Assembly: GCA_002753335.1 (NCBI GenBank)
Contig: PEAD01000009.1
Location: forward strand, 1 to 64,000
Reading direction: 5' to 3'
DNA: 64,000 nucleotides
Source: Nitrospirae bacterium MYbin3
GTDB taxonomy: Bacteria; Nitrospirota; Thermodesulfovibrionia; Thermodesulfovibrionales; Dissulfurispiraceae
Shown here: positions 20,688 through 29,537 of the stretch, piece by piece
Numbering within the stretch: position 1 is the first letter of the stretch
Layout: each line of letters starts with the position of its first letter
Position numbers and translations under genes: made by a program
The notes under the pieces: generated by a model
The model's database searches: none
Seen by the model: only the letters and a program-made list of their open reading frames with translations
Told to the model about the DNA's origin: nothing

Positions 20688-22886
20688 TTAGATGATAGAC
20701 GGCATTTCCAAGGCCGGATGCCCGACACTTGTAAGATGCTCAAGGAGTTTTTCGGAATCTTCGCAAATCGATTCATCCGCTACCATATCAAGGAGATTAG
20801 GAACTCCGGCCTCTTCCGCCCTCTTCTTGAACTCATCGGCTATCCTTTCCTTCAACCCTTTAGGCATCCAAACCAGTCTTTTTAATCCGCCATCTCCAAA
20901 AAGGAATTTTTTACTGGTAACAAAATTTATGCCTATGCCCATAAACCCGGGGGTCTGTGCGCCGCCACCGACGGTTCCTGCAAGGGTTGAGAATTTCATT
21001 CCGATAGGTGTCATTCCGGTAAATCCTCTGTTGACTATCATGACTCCATTTGCCTCAGGAATGATCGCAAGAATACATTCAAAGCATCCGCATGAGGTCA
21101 TGGGGTTTTCCATGATGGTGTATAGATTCAGAGTCTCTACCGCGCCGCCTGAAGCCTTTTTTAGATACTCGTCAACGCCAGTATAGCGCCCGTATCTGGG
21201 GTCAACCAGCTCGCCTTTAGTAATAGGTTGGTTTCCGCCTGTCGGGTCTATTTCGTATGCGGCTTTTCCGTCAAGCCAGTTATAAGCACCGCACAAACCG
21301 AGCCTCTCGGGTGATATAACACAAACATGAGCAGGTGCAAAAGATTGGCAGAGCAGGCATGAGTAAAAGGTTTCGACAGATTCGTCAGTAAGACTGCCGA
21401 GCCTCTTATCTCTCTCCTTGTAGGCAGCCCTTGCTTCTTCCAGCATCTTATTGACGCTGGCCTCATCCGTGAATATCGTTGTCTGTACTTTATCAACAAT
21501 AGAGCGGAAGCGGTTGTGTGTCAATGTATTCTGTATTATGCCTATGTGCTCCAGGGTAAAGCCGCATATCTTAGCGCCAACGCTGATTCTAACCCAGTTC
21601 TGGTCGCGCTGTCCCATATGCCACACGCCTTGAGCTTCGTTTATATTTGAGTGTATCTTTCTCTCGATGACAGATTCGAAGTCCTTCTGCATCTTTCTTC
21701 CGGCAGCCTCTATAAGGATACCAATAGGCATCTTGCCTCCGGCCGCAAAACGCTCCTGCCACTTATCACCGACAATAATAACTTTATTGTCTTCTATATC
21801 CTCCATTTCACGCATACGAACCCACTCAAAAGCAGGAGTTCTCTGTCCGCCGAACTCGATGAACATATCCTCTTTTCTGATTCTCTCACCTTCAAAGGCA
21901 GGGCCGAAAGCAACAGGGATGTCAGGTCTCTCAACAATAATCTTAAGGCCTCTAACTTCTATCGCCTTCTGAACGATTTTTGTGTGGTCAAATTCTGTAT
22001 CAACCTCTTCATAAGTGCATACGCCGGTAGGGTGAATAACAGGAACATCCGTATCAGCCACGGCCGGGAATCCCATATTTATAGCACCTGCGCCGGTTGC
22101 CCATTTAACATCGTCAAGTGGACCGAGCGCTATTGCAAACGCAAACACTCTGTCTTTCTGGTATTTGAGATGATCTTTGAAATTGGCAGGCTTGATACCG
22201 CCGAAGATTAATGAGGCCCTAATCGCCCAGTCAAGAGCGTAAAGAGTGTGTTCTGTGTCAGGTCCGAGCGGAACAATCCATGAATCCCATCCAAGCTCTA
22301 CTCCCTTTCTCAGAAGCTGTTTTGTAACGCTGTCTCCATTAGACTGGCCAGAGAGGAAGGTAAGTATCTTCTTTTCTTGAAGCTCCCTGACTATGCTGAC
22401 AGCAATATCATCCGACGGGGCTGCTCCCAGTATTGCTGCAAATCCCGGCATTGTACCGTCAACAAGCTGAATACCCAAATTTCTCTGAATAGTATCTGTA
22501 ATGAATCCGTTATAAACATATCCAGTTTCTGGATCTTTGCAGGGTTCAAGACCATAAATATACCTGACCGCAAGAATTATCTCTTCTGCAAACAGTGTTG
22601 CCATGCCTGAATCAAGAGCCTCGCCTAAATAAGGCTTCCAGATTTTTTCATCAGGTTCAGCATGCTGCAGCTCTTTGGCAAAACCGAGAGCAACCTTCAT
22701 GTCACCCAAAGTCTTTACCGGAAATCCGGTCATGGCATAAATCATAGGAAGATAAAACGCCGTGTCCGGAAACTCAAAAACAAAGTCCTTACCCTTTTCG
22801 GCTATAGCCTTTTCGACCATCTCCTCTGCTTGGGCCACAAGTTTGTTTGCCGCCCTTATGGCTGCTGTTGCTATTAACTTGGACAT
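20688..22886 (-). CDS. acsB: Acetyl-CoA synthase
   Basis: CLLCQSFAPAHVC, GLCGA, PMTSCGCFEC A-cluster motifs. Confidence 0.97.
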   Translation of the reverse strand: MSKLIATAAIRAANKLVAQAEEMVEKAIAEKGKDFVFEFPDTAFYLPMIYAMTGFPVKTLGDMKVALGFAKELQHAEPDEKIWKPYLGEALDSGMATLFAEEIILAVRYIYGLEPCKDPETGYVYNGFITDTIQRNLGIQLVDGTMPGFAAILGAAPSDDIAVSIVRELQEKKILTFLSGQSNGDSVTKQLLRKGVELGWDSWIVPLGPDTEHTLYALDWAIRASLIFGGIKPANFKDHLKYQKDRVFAFAIALGPLDDVKWATGAGAINMGFPAVADTDVPVIHPTGVCTYEEVDTEFDHTKIVQKAIEVRGLKIIVERPDIPVAFGPAFEGERIRKEDMFIEFGGQRTPAFEWVRMREMEDIEDNKVIIVGDKWQERFAAGGKMPIGILIEAAGRKMQKDFESVIERKIHSNINEAQGVWHMGQRDQNWVRISVGAKICGFTLEHIGIIQNTLTHNRFRSIVDKVQTTIFTDEASVNKMLEEARAAYKERDKRLGSLTDESVETFYSCLLCQSFAPAHVCVISPERLGLCGAYNWLDGKAAYEIDPTGGNQPITKGELVDPRYGRYTGVDEYLKKASGGAVETLNLYTIMENPMTSCGCFECILAIIPEANGVMIVNRGFTGMTPIGMKFSTLAGTVGGGAQTPGFMGIGINFVTSKKFLFGDGGLKRLVWMPKGLKERIADEFKKRAEEAGVPNLLDMVADESICEDSEKLLEHLTSVGHPALEMPSII

Positions 22887-22924
22887 CTACCCCTCCTGTT
22901 TATGGGATTATAAATTTTTTTAAT

Positions 22925-22952
22925 ATACTACAACGCTTCAGTATTCTGTCAA
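22925..22952 (-). promoter_or_regulatory. Putative internal promoter for acsB-cooS
   Basis: Minus-strand TTGACA-16nt-TAGTAT upstream of the AGGAGG RBS of acsB. Confidence 0.55.
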
Positions 22953-22972
22953 GCAATTTGTTTTTTGGGCTT

Positions 22973-23007
22973 TGCGAGCGCCCTCATTTACACAGAGGGC
23001 GCTCGCA
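22973..23007. other. GC-rich 13-bp stem-loop after acsC (terminator-like or mRNA-stabilising)
   Basis: TGCGAGCGCCCTC-9nt-GAGGGCGCTCGCA; no U-tract in the direction of transcription. Confidence 0.65.
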
Positions 23008-23015
23008 GATAAACT

Positions 23016-24353
23016 CTATCTGGACTTAAGAAATGCAGGCAGAGCGTTTGCCTCTCTAGGGCCCACAGTAACTTTCCACCCTGGAAGTTTCTCCTCGATG
23101 GCTCCGCTCATTATTGCAACATATCCGGGTATTATAAGCTCCCTGTGCTTTATCTCGTTCTCGATGCCGCTGTCTTTAAGGAACTGTGCAATCTTGGAAG
23201 CAGTAAACTTTCCCGCAGCCCAAGCCGTAAGAACCGACAATCCTTCGGAATCCATTACAGCAAGCCTGCACGGAACCTTGCTGTTCTCAATTTCACCCGA
23301 CACTATAAAATATGTGAGCGAGAAGTTGGTCGTAATCATAAGAGGAGAATCCGCCGTAGGCTCTCCAATCTTGTATATCTTCTGCTCCACCTGCATAGGC
23401 ACCTGCGGGTCGGTATAGATATTCTGCCTGACGGTAAATAGCGCCAAGCTTTTCCATTTTTCAACACTGCTGAGAACAACGATAGAAGAATACTTGGCAA
23501 CACACGCCACAGCAATAAGCGTCTCGAGCATTACATCGTCTCTCTGCGCAAAGGTTATAACCGGATATCCCAAAGGTTTGAAATTCTTTTTTATCGCGGC
23601 CCTTCTGATCAGCGTATTTTCGTTAATTATTTCTTTCGCTGTTTTTGCGCCAGGATCTATCACCATATCTTCAACGCCCAAACCCTTGATCTTTTCGGTA
23701 AGAGCAGACAGCGCCTCAAGGCCTTTTGCGCTGACTCCAAGAGCTATCTTGTTTGCCTTTGCTATGCCTGCCATAGCTTCGGCATTAGAGCCGTTTGCCC
23801 CGAAGAGCAGCGGCTTCCTGTCCGCAACAGCCTTTACAGCCGCTTCAGCATTCTGTGCATTCTCTGTGCCAAGAATTATAGCCGCAGATGGAGCCTTTGC
23901 TGCCACTGTTTTTGCCGCAGCCTCAAATTTTGAGGCATCATTGGAAGCGTTGCTTATAAATATGGCATCAATCCTGAGTTTCTGACCAACCCTGTCCATT
24001 TCGGATGAGTTGACATCATCGCAAATCTTGTTAATGTCAGCTTCGGACATGGTGTCTTTGACTTCAACAGCAAAGGCGCACGGATTAACGAATTTCTTTT
24101 CATGCCTGAAAAGTACGGTCTCTTCGCCCATCTTGACAGACTTGTCGCCTGTGCCGAGAGTAATCGGTCTTACCGGAGGAGCGGAAGCCTCGCCTAAAAC
24201 CTTCTTGGCATCTTCAGAAACATCCGGGCACGCGTCAAGCGATGCCTGCCTCTGCGCCAGCTTCATAGCAAAGGCAAGACAGGTTGGATGCCCGCATTTT
24301 TTGCAGTTTGTTTTTGGAAGCAGTTTAAATATTTCAACGCCGGTTAAAGCCAT
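23016..24353 (-). CDS. acsC: Corrinoid iron-sulfur protein large subunit
   Basis: LPKTNCKKCGHPTCLAFA..CP, ETVLFRHEK, SVLTAWAA, GPRE. Confidence 0.96.
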   Translation of the reverse strand: MALTGVEIFKLLPKTNCKKCGHPTCLAFAMKLAQRQASLDACPDVSEDAKKVLGEASAPPVRPITLGTGDKSVKMGEETVLFRHEKKFVNPCAFAVEVKDTMSEADINKICDDVNSSEMDRVGQKLRIDAIFISNASNDASKFEAAAKTVAAKAPSAAIILGTENAQNAEAAVKAVADRKPLLFGANGSNAEAMAGIAKANKIALGVSAKGLEALSALTEKIKGLGVEDMVIDPGAKTAKEIINENTLIRRAAIKKNFKPLGYPVITFAQRDDVMLETLIAVACVAKYSSIVVLSSVEKWKSLALFTVRQNIYTDPQVPMQVEQKIYKIGEPTADSPLMITTNFSLTYFIVSGEIENSKVPCRLAVMDSEGLSVLTAWAAGKFTASKIAQFLKDSGIENEIKHRELIIPGYVAIMSGAIEEKLPGWKVTVGPREANALPAFLKSR

Positions 24354-24366
24354 GATCTAACCCTCC

Positions 24367-25305
24367 TTAATTTAACTCGTCTATGAATTTTTGGACTGCC
24401 TTGACAGCCTCGGGATGTCTCATTATGAGAAGCTCTGCACCAGAAACCATAAGACTTCCTGCCGTAACCACTTCCCATGTTATGCCCCTCTGCTCAACAT
24501 TGCCCCATGCAGGAACATCCGCCTCGGCCGCCTGAGTCTCTTTGACTTTCCAGACATACATGCCTACATCGGCCAGTATGGGCGGTTGCATAGTAGCATC
24601 ATTTTGTGTTAATGCCGCAAGCCTTATTCTCTCCATAACTGAGTAGGTATATTCCAACCCGTACCCCAAAGCAGAGCACATAGGGTCGGTTACCAGCCTC
24701 TCCTTGTCAAACCCCATCTGGGTTATAAGAATGTTAAGCTGCTTGGAAAGATTGATATCGAGTTCGGACATCGCTATCAATTTATGATTGTTTGCCATTG
24801 CGGCTGCCGCAATCGTTTTGTAGTTGGCCTCCTGCGCCTTTCCGATCACGCAGTTCTTGTCCTTTGCTGCCTCTGCTGCCGCCACCAACACAACAGAATC
24901 CTTTTCAGCATTATTGCTGCCAAGTATTATAAGAGGAACATTGATAGCCGCAAGAACTTCTTTCACCGTTTTGGCCGCATCTTCTGCTGAACGGTTCTCT
25001 CTGTCAGGATGTGTGCCTACAAGTCTGAGAGCAATAGCCTGAGCATTAAGCTCGTTCTGGCAATATTTTGCCCAAGTTACAGGATCTCCTGACACATTTT
25101 CATAGGCCTTCCTGACCGTATCCGGCCAGTCTGTAGGCGGAACATCCTGAATTTCGTATGCTATCACCGGCTTATTAGGATAGTTGCCGTCAACCGTTAA
25201 AAAAGGAAGGGCGTTCTCTCCGCCGAAAACAGCGGTCTTATCAGACCCTATGGTTAACTGATAGACCTTTCCTGCAAAAGATTCTTTAGGTTCAACAAAA
25301 GCCAT
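24367..25305 (-). CDS. acsD: Corrinoid iron-sulfur protein small subunit
   Basis: GGENALPF, DINLSKQLN, LGYGLEYTYSVMERIR, MRHP. Confidence 0.96.
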   Translation of the reverse strand: MAFVEPKESFAGKVYQLTIGSDKTAVFGGENALPFLTVDGNYPNKPVIAYEIQDVPPTDWPDTVRKAYENVSGDPVTWAKYCQNELNAQAIALRLVGTHPDRENRSAEDAAKTVKEVLAAINVPLIILGSNNAEKDSVVLVAAAEAAKDKNCVIGKAQEANYKTIAAAAMANNHKLIAMSELDINLSKQLNILITQMGFDKERLVTDPMCSALGYGLEYTYSVMERIRLAALTQNDATMQPPILADVGMYVWKVKETQAAEADVPAWGNVEQRGITWEVVTAGSLMVSGAELLIMRHPEAVKAVQKFIDELN

Positions 25306-25341
25306 TTTCTACCTCCGTTTTTCAGCTATATAAGCCGTTAT

Positions 25342-26199
25342 TTACATTTCAAGATATGAGTGAGCGTACAACGTTTTGTTCATAAAGATATCCATAGTCT
25401 TTTTTATCTCGGTCATCTTGGCAGCATCAGATATAGTCTTACCTGACAAGACGTCATCTATAATTTTTTTCTCCTGCATAGCTTCGGCCATCTCATGTGC
25501 GTCAGCGATTGCGGAAGAAAGCCCTGCATCCATAAGCATGACAAAATAATATTTATTCAGAATAGGCCTTAACGTCTTTGGACATCCATTCGATATATTG
25601 CTTAACCCGACAACGGTTTTCATTGCTGGGTCGTTCATCTCCTGAAACATCTTTATGGCCTTCACTACATGCAAAGCATGGTCTTGTGATGTAGCCACCT
25701 GAAGAACAAGCGGGTCGAGATACAAATCTTCAAGAGGAATGCCGAATTCCATGGCGCGTCCCATGATCTCGGCAGCTATTCCAGCTCTTTCTTCTGCGTC
25801 GGCAGGCAATCCGCCTTTGCCTACAGTAAGTCCGATTATCTGTGCATTGTATTTCGCAGCAATCTCCATCATAGGAAAACGCTCAGGATCATTAGAAGTT
25901 GAATTTATGAGCGGCCGCCCCCACTGGTTATTGTGAACCTTAAGACCTGCCTCTACCGCACTAAAATTAGTTGTGTCGAGACAAACAGGAAGCGGAACAA
26001 CTTCCTGGATGGTGGTCACCATCCACTGCATCAAATCCTCTCCGCCATCTTCGGCAGGGCCGATATTGGCATCGATCATGCCCGAGCCCTCTTTCCACTG
26101 ACGGGTTGCTATCTCCTGAATAGGGCCCTTGTCCTTCTTCAACATAGCCTCTCTGACCCTCTTGGCTATGATGCTGAGCTTCTCACCGATTATGAGCAT
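25342..26199 (-). CDS. acsE: Methyltetrahydrofolate:corrinoid Fe-S protein methyltransferase
   Basis: Pterin-binding fold (LIIGEK, CLDTTN, INS, DPL, GLSNISNG) in acs context; start set to the second ATG by RBS spacing. Confidence 0.92.
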   Translation of the reverse strand: MLIIGEKLSIIAKRVREAMLKKDKGPIQEIATRQWKEGSGMIDANIGPAEDGGEDLMQWMVTTIQEVVPLPVCLDTTNFSAVEAGLKVHNNQWGRPLINSTSNDPERFPMMEIAAKYNAQIIGLTVGKGGLPADAEERAGIAAEIMGRAMEFGIPLEDLYLDPLVLQVATSQDHALHVVKAIKMFQEMNDPAMKTVVGLSNISNGCPKTLRPILNKYYFVMLMDAGLSSAIADAHEMAEAMQEKKIIDDVLSGKTISDAAKMTEIKKTMDIFMNKTLYAHSYLEM

Positions 26200-26226
26200 A
26201 CACATTCCCCCTTATAAGTTTTACTA

Positions 26227-26243
26227 ATTTCCAAATTGGAAAT
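26227..26243. promoter_or_regulatory. Perfect 17-bp palindrome, candidate operator upstream of acsE
   Basis: ATTTCCAA-A-TTGGAAAT between the putative promoter and the RBS. Confidence 0.5.
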
Positions 26244-26263
26244 ACTAATCGATTTATACGCAA

Positions 26264-26292
26264 AAAGTAAAGAGGTTTTTTGGCGTAGTCAA
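26264..26292 (-). promoter_or_regulatory. Putative promoter for acsE-acsD-acsC
   Basis: Minus-strand TTGACT-17nt-TACTTT. Confidence 0.5.
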
Positions 26293-26367
26293 ACAAAATA
26301 TTACAAAACTAACACAAAACAGCCGACAAATAAAAGCGCGAGCTTATTTTAATATTTAATACATTTA

Positions 26368-27135
26368 TTACGGTATTTGCAGTGAATCATATATTCCGAA
26401 CAAAGCCTGAACAGCAACCGATTCCTGAGGCAAATGATAAACCGGCTTGCCTTCGAGGTCAAACTTAAATATCCTATCGTCCTGCCTGACAAGGCCGGCA
26501 ACGGTTATGCCAAAACCTTCGGCCATCTTTTTTAGGTCTTCTCCTTCCGACCCCACTACTCTATTTATAATAAGTATCCTTTTTTCTACATCCAGCTGAA
26601 TTTCGTCAACAAGTTCATTTATCCTTTTCACAGTAAGTATTCCCTTTGCGGTAGGGTCGCTTACCATTACCAGCACATTAACCTTGTGCGTTGTTCTCCT
26701 GCTTAGATGTTCCATTCCCGCTTCATTATCTATGACCACGTAAGGGTATTTGTCAGAAAGTATATCGGTATATTTTCTTATTATATTGTTGGCGGCGCAA
26801 TAACAGCCCGGCCCCTCGGGTCTTCCCATGACCATCAAATCGAAACCGTCAGCTTCTATAAGAGACTGCTGCACCTGATAATCGAACAGCTGCTCCATAG
26901 ACATTCCGCCCGGCCTGTCGCCGCCGCTGCGCACAGCCTGAAGAGATTCCTCCCTCAATTTGCCGATGGTTGCATGTATCTGAACACCGAGCGCTTCGTT
27001 CAAACATGAATTACTGTCGGCATCAACCGCAAGCACAGGCCCTCGCCTCTTCTCCGTAAGATATTTAACCGTTAACCCGGCAAGACTCGTCTTTCCTGTT
27101 CCGCCCTTGCCGGCAAAAGCAATAACAAAAGCCAT
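26368..27135 (-). CDS. cooC: CooC/AcsF nickel-insertion ATPase
   Basis: GKGGTGKT, VDAD, GCYC, DNEAGMEHLSR; start at MAFVIAF after AGGAGG. Confidence 0.93.
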   Translation of the reverse strand: MAFVIAFAGKGGTGKTSLAGLTVKYLTEKRRGPVLAVDADSNSCLNEALGVQIHATIGKLREESLQAVRSGGDRPGGMSMEQLFDYQVQQSLIEADGFDLMVMGRPEGPGCYCAANNIIRKYTDILSDKYPYVVIDNEAGMEHLSRRTTHKVNVLVMVSDPTAKGILTVKRINELVDEIQLDVEKRILIINRVVGSEGEDLKKMAEGFGITVAGLVRQDDRIFKFDLEGKPVYHLPQESVAVQALFGIYDSLQIP

Positions 27136-27230
27136 TTTATGCATCCTCCTTAGGTTTCGCCATATTGCACATACAGAATTTTTATAATAATTAAGAACCC
27201 TCAAAAAGGGCAAATCATAAATCAGGCAAT

Positions 27231-27259
27231 TTGTTAAGGTTTTGTAAATCTGCTATAAT
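27231..27259 (+). promoter_or_regulatory. Putative promoter of the heme-GGDEF gene
   Basis: TTGTTA-17nt-TATAAT with TG extended -10. Confidence 0.55.
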
Positions 27260-27279
27260 TCTAAAATGCGAGGGGGGCA

Positions 27280-28911
27280 ATGACCGAGATACAAAAAGAA
27301 CAGTGGTTTTTCGGGTACAAGAAGAAGCTCATTATAGGCATCTTAGCAGCCCTTACCCTATCTATAACTGTTGCAATGATTATACTCGCATTCCTTTTAA
27401 GAGACCGACTTGTAGAAGACACCAAGATAAAGACACGAGAACTTAGCAATATTATAAAAATGAGCTTGGGCCATCTTATGCTGGCCCGCGATCCAGAGAA
27501 AATACAAAGCAGCCTTGAGAACTTCCGCAACCACGAATCATCAATAATCAGAACAATAATACTCGACAGATATGGAAAGATAGCATACTCAACCGACAGA
27601 ACCGAGAGGGGAAAAGTGGTTGACAGGTTCAAAGACAGTTCCTGCCTGTCGTGCCATAAAAACAATATCGGCACCCACAAGATCACTACAACATTGCTTG
27701 ACATCAACGGTTCAAAGGTACTAAGGAGCGTTAATGTTATTTATAATGAGCCCTCATGCCACGGCTGCCATGACCCTGCAGAAAGAATTAACGGCAAACT
27801 TATAATAGACCGCTCTCTGGCTTCAACATATTCTCTCATCTTTACGCTTGAATTGATTATCGCTGTTTCAGGACTGGTATGCCTCGTGTTTTTGGTGCCT
27901 TTCCTGTCGCGATATCTTTCAAAAGGTCTCGACAGATATATTGATGAGATAATAGTAAAGTCAAAGGAACTGTCTTTCCTCTACAATGTTGTTGAGCGCT
28001 TAAGCCGGACCATCGAAATTTCTGACCTCAAGCACACGGTGGTGGATATAATCAGAGATGCGCTCGATGCTGATGAAATAGACATAATACTACCCAAAGA
28101 ATACAGGGATGCCGGTGCCATAGCATGGACAGGCTATGAAAACCGGATGTTCCGCAAAAAGATAGAACCATCCGACCACATATTTGAAATAACAAACAAA
28201 TGGCTTAAAGAAGATATAACAGAAGAATGGTTCTCTAAAGACCGAAAAGAGGTTTACGTCCCAATAAACAAAGGAGACACCAAACTTGCGCTTATAGTAG
28301 TCAGAAAAACCTTCAAAGACTTTGACAGAGTTAGGTTAGCGCTTATAAAGATTCTGAGCAGCCACCTGTCTGTGGCCTTCGAAAATGCTATGCTGTACCA
28401 CATAGCCATAACGGACGAACTTACCGGCCTTTATTCAAAGCGCCATTTCAGAACCACCATCGAAAAGAAGTTTCTTATGTATGAGACATACGGAGAAAAG
28501 CTTACACTTCTTATGCTCGACATCGACAACTTCAAGAAAGTAAATGATACTTACGGCCACCCAGCCGGCGACCTGGTGCTTAAAGAAGCAAGCAACTGTG
28601 TGCAGCTCGCGATCAGGGATGACGATGTAGCTTTCCGTTACGGCGGGGAGGAGCTCATAGTACTTCTTCCTGCAACGGACGAGGATAGCGGCAAGGTGGT
28701 TGCCGAAAGAATACGAGAGGCGATAGCGGCTCAGGAAGTTGATACGGGCGAGGTTAAGATAAAGGTTACGGTAAGCATCGGCGTAGCTTCATGCCCAGAG
28801 AACGCTCTGAGCATAAAAGACATAATCAATGAGGCTGACAAATCCCTCTACGAAGCAAAGAGAACCGGCAAAAATAAAGTCGTGCTCAGTTCGGCAAAAG
28901 CAACCTATTAA
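27280..28911 (+). CDS. Membrane diguanylate cyclase with di-heme (2x CXXCH) periplasmic sensor and GAF-like domain
   Basis: Two TM helices flanking CLSCH and CHGCH; RYGGEEL, RDDD I-site. Confidence 0.9.
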   Translation: MTEIQKEQWFFGYKKKLIIGILAALTLSITVAMIILAFLLRDRLVEDTKIKTRELSNIIKMSLGHLMLARDPEKIQSSLENFRNHESSIIRTIILDRYGKIAYSTDRTERGKVVDRFKDSSCLSCHKNNIGTHKITTTLLDINGSKVLRSVNVIYNEPSCHGCHDPAERINGKLIIDRSLASTYSLIFTLELIIAVSGLVCLVFLVPFLSRYLSKGLDRYIDEIIVKSKELSFLYNVVERLSRTIEISDLKHTVVDIIRDALDADEIDIILPKEYRDAGAIAWTGYENRMFRKKIEPSDHIFEITNKWLKEDITEEWFSKDRKEVYVPINKGDTKLALIVVRKTFKDFDRVRLALIKILSSHLSVAFENAMLYHIAITDELTGLYSKRHFRTTIEKKFLMYETYGEKLTLLMLDIDNFKKVNDTYGHPAGDLVLKEASNCVQLAIRDDDVAFRYGGEELIVLLPATDEDSGKVVAERIREAIAAQEVDTGEVKIKVTVSIGVASCPENALSIKDIINEADKSLYEAKRTGKNKVVLSSAKATY

Positions 28912-29537
28912 AGGAACTGCTCCGAAAACATATTGAATTTTTTCTCGTGGCCTATACTGGAAGACGGTCCATGTCCAGGAATAACTTTAGTTACTTCAGG
29001 CAGCTCCATGAGCCTGCGAAAAGACTTGCCAAGTTTTTTTATATCACCTCCCGGAAGAGGCGTCCTGCCGACAGAGCCGGCAAACAAGGTATCTCCGGTT
29101 ATCACTATATCAGTGGAATAAAGACATATACCGCCTAGGCTATGTCCTGGTGTGTGAATCACCTTAAAGCTCAAACCGCCTGCGGTTATCACATCGCCGT
29201 CCTTCACAAACATATCCGGGGCCGGCTGAGTCTCACCTTCAAATCCCCAGAGAGCAGCGCTTTCTTTTGATAAATTATAGAGTTCAAGCTCCTCCTTATG
29301 CAGCACAACTTTTGCCCATGTTTCGTTTTTTATGTCTATCACCGCTCCGACATGATCAAAATGGCCGTGAGTGCAGATTATGTATTGCACGTCCAATCCG
29401 TTTTTGGCGACTACATCCATAATCATCTCAGGTTCATCTCCCGGATCAATCACAAATGCCTTCTTTGAAGCCTCGTCAGCTATAACCACACAGTTCACTT
29501 GCAAAGGACCTACAACAACGGTTTTTACAAACATCAT
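28908..29537 (-). CDS. Metallo-beta-lactamase fold hydrolase (glyoxalase II-like)
   Basis: THGHFDH, HTPGHS, GDTLF, PGHG. Confidence 0.9.
   Translation of the reverse strand: MMFVKTVVVGPLQVNCVVIADEASKKAFVIDPGDEPEMIMDVVAKNGLDVQYIICTHGHFDHVGAVIDIKNETWAKVVLHKEELELYNLSKESAALWGFEGETQPAPDMFVKDGDVITAGGLSFKVIHTPGHSLGGICLYSTDIVITGDTLFAGSVGRTPLPGGDIKKLGKSFRRLMELPEVTKVIPGHGPSSSIGHEKKFNMFSEQFL

Noticed and set aside
27231..27248. Rex-like operator TTGTTAAGGTTTTGTAAA
   Set aside because: The right half-site matches TTCACAA poorly and the left half is explained as a -35 box
27261..27707. 148-aa minus-strand ORF and similar antisense ORFs across the window
   Set aside because: They overlap well-supported genes on the opposite strand and have no motifs
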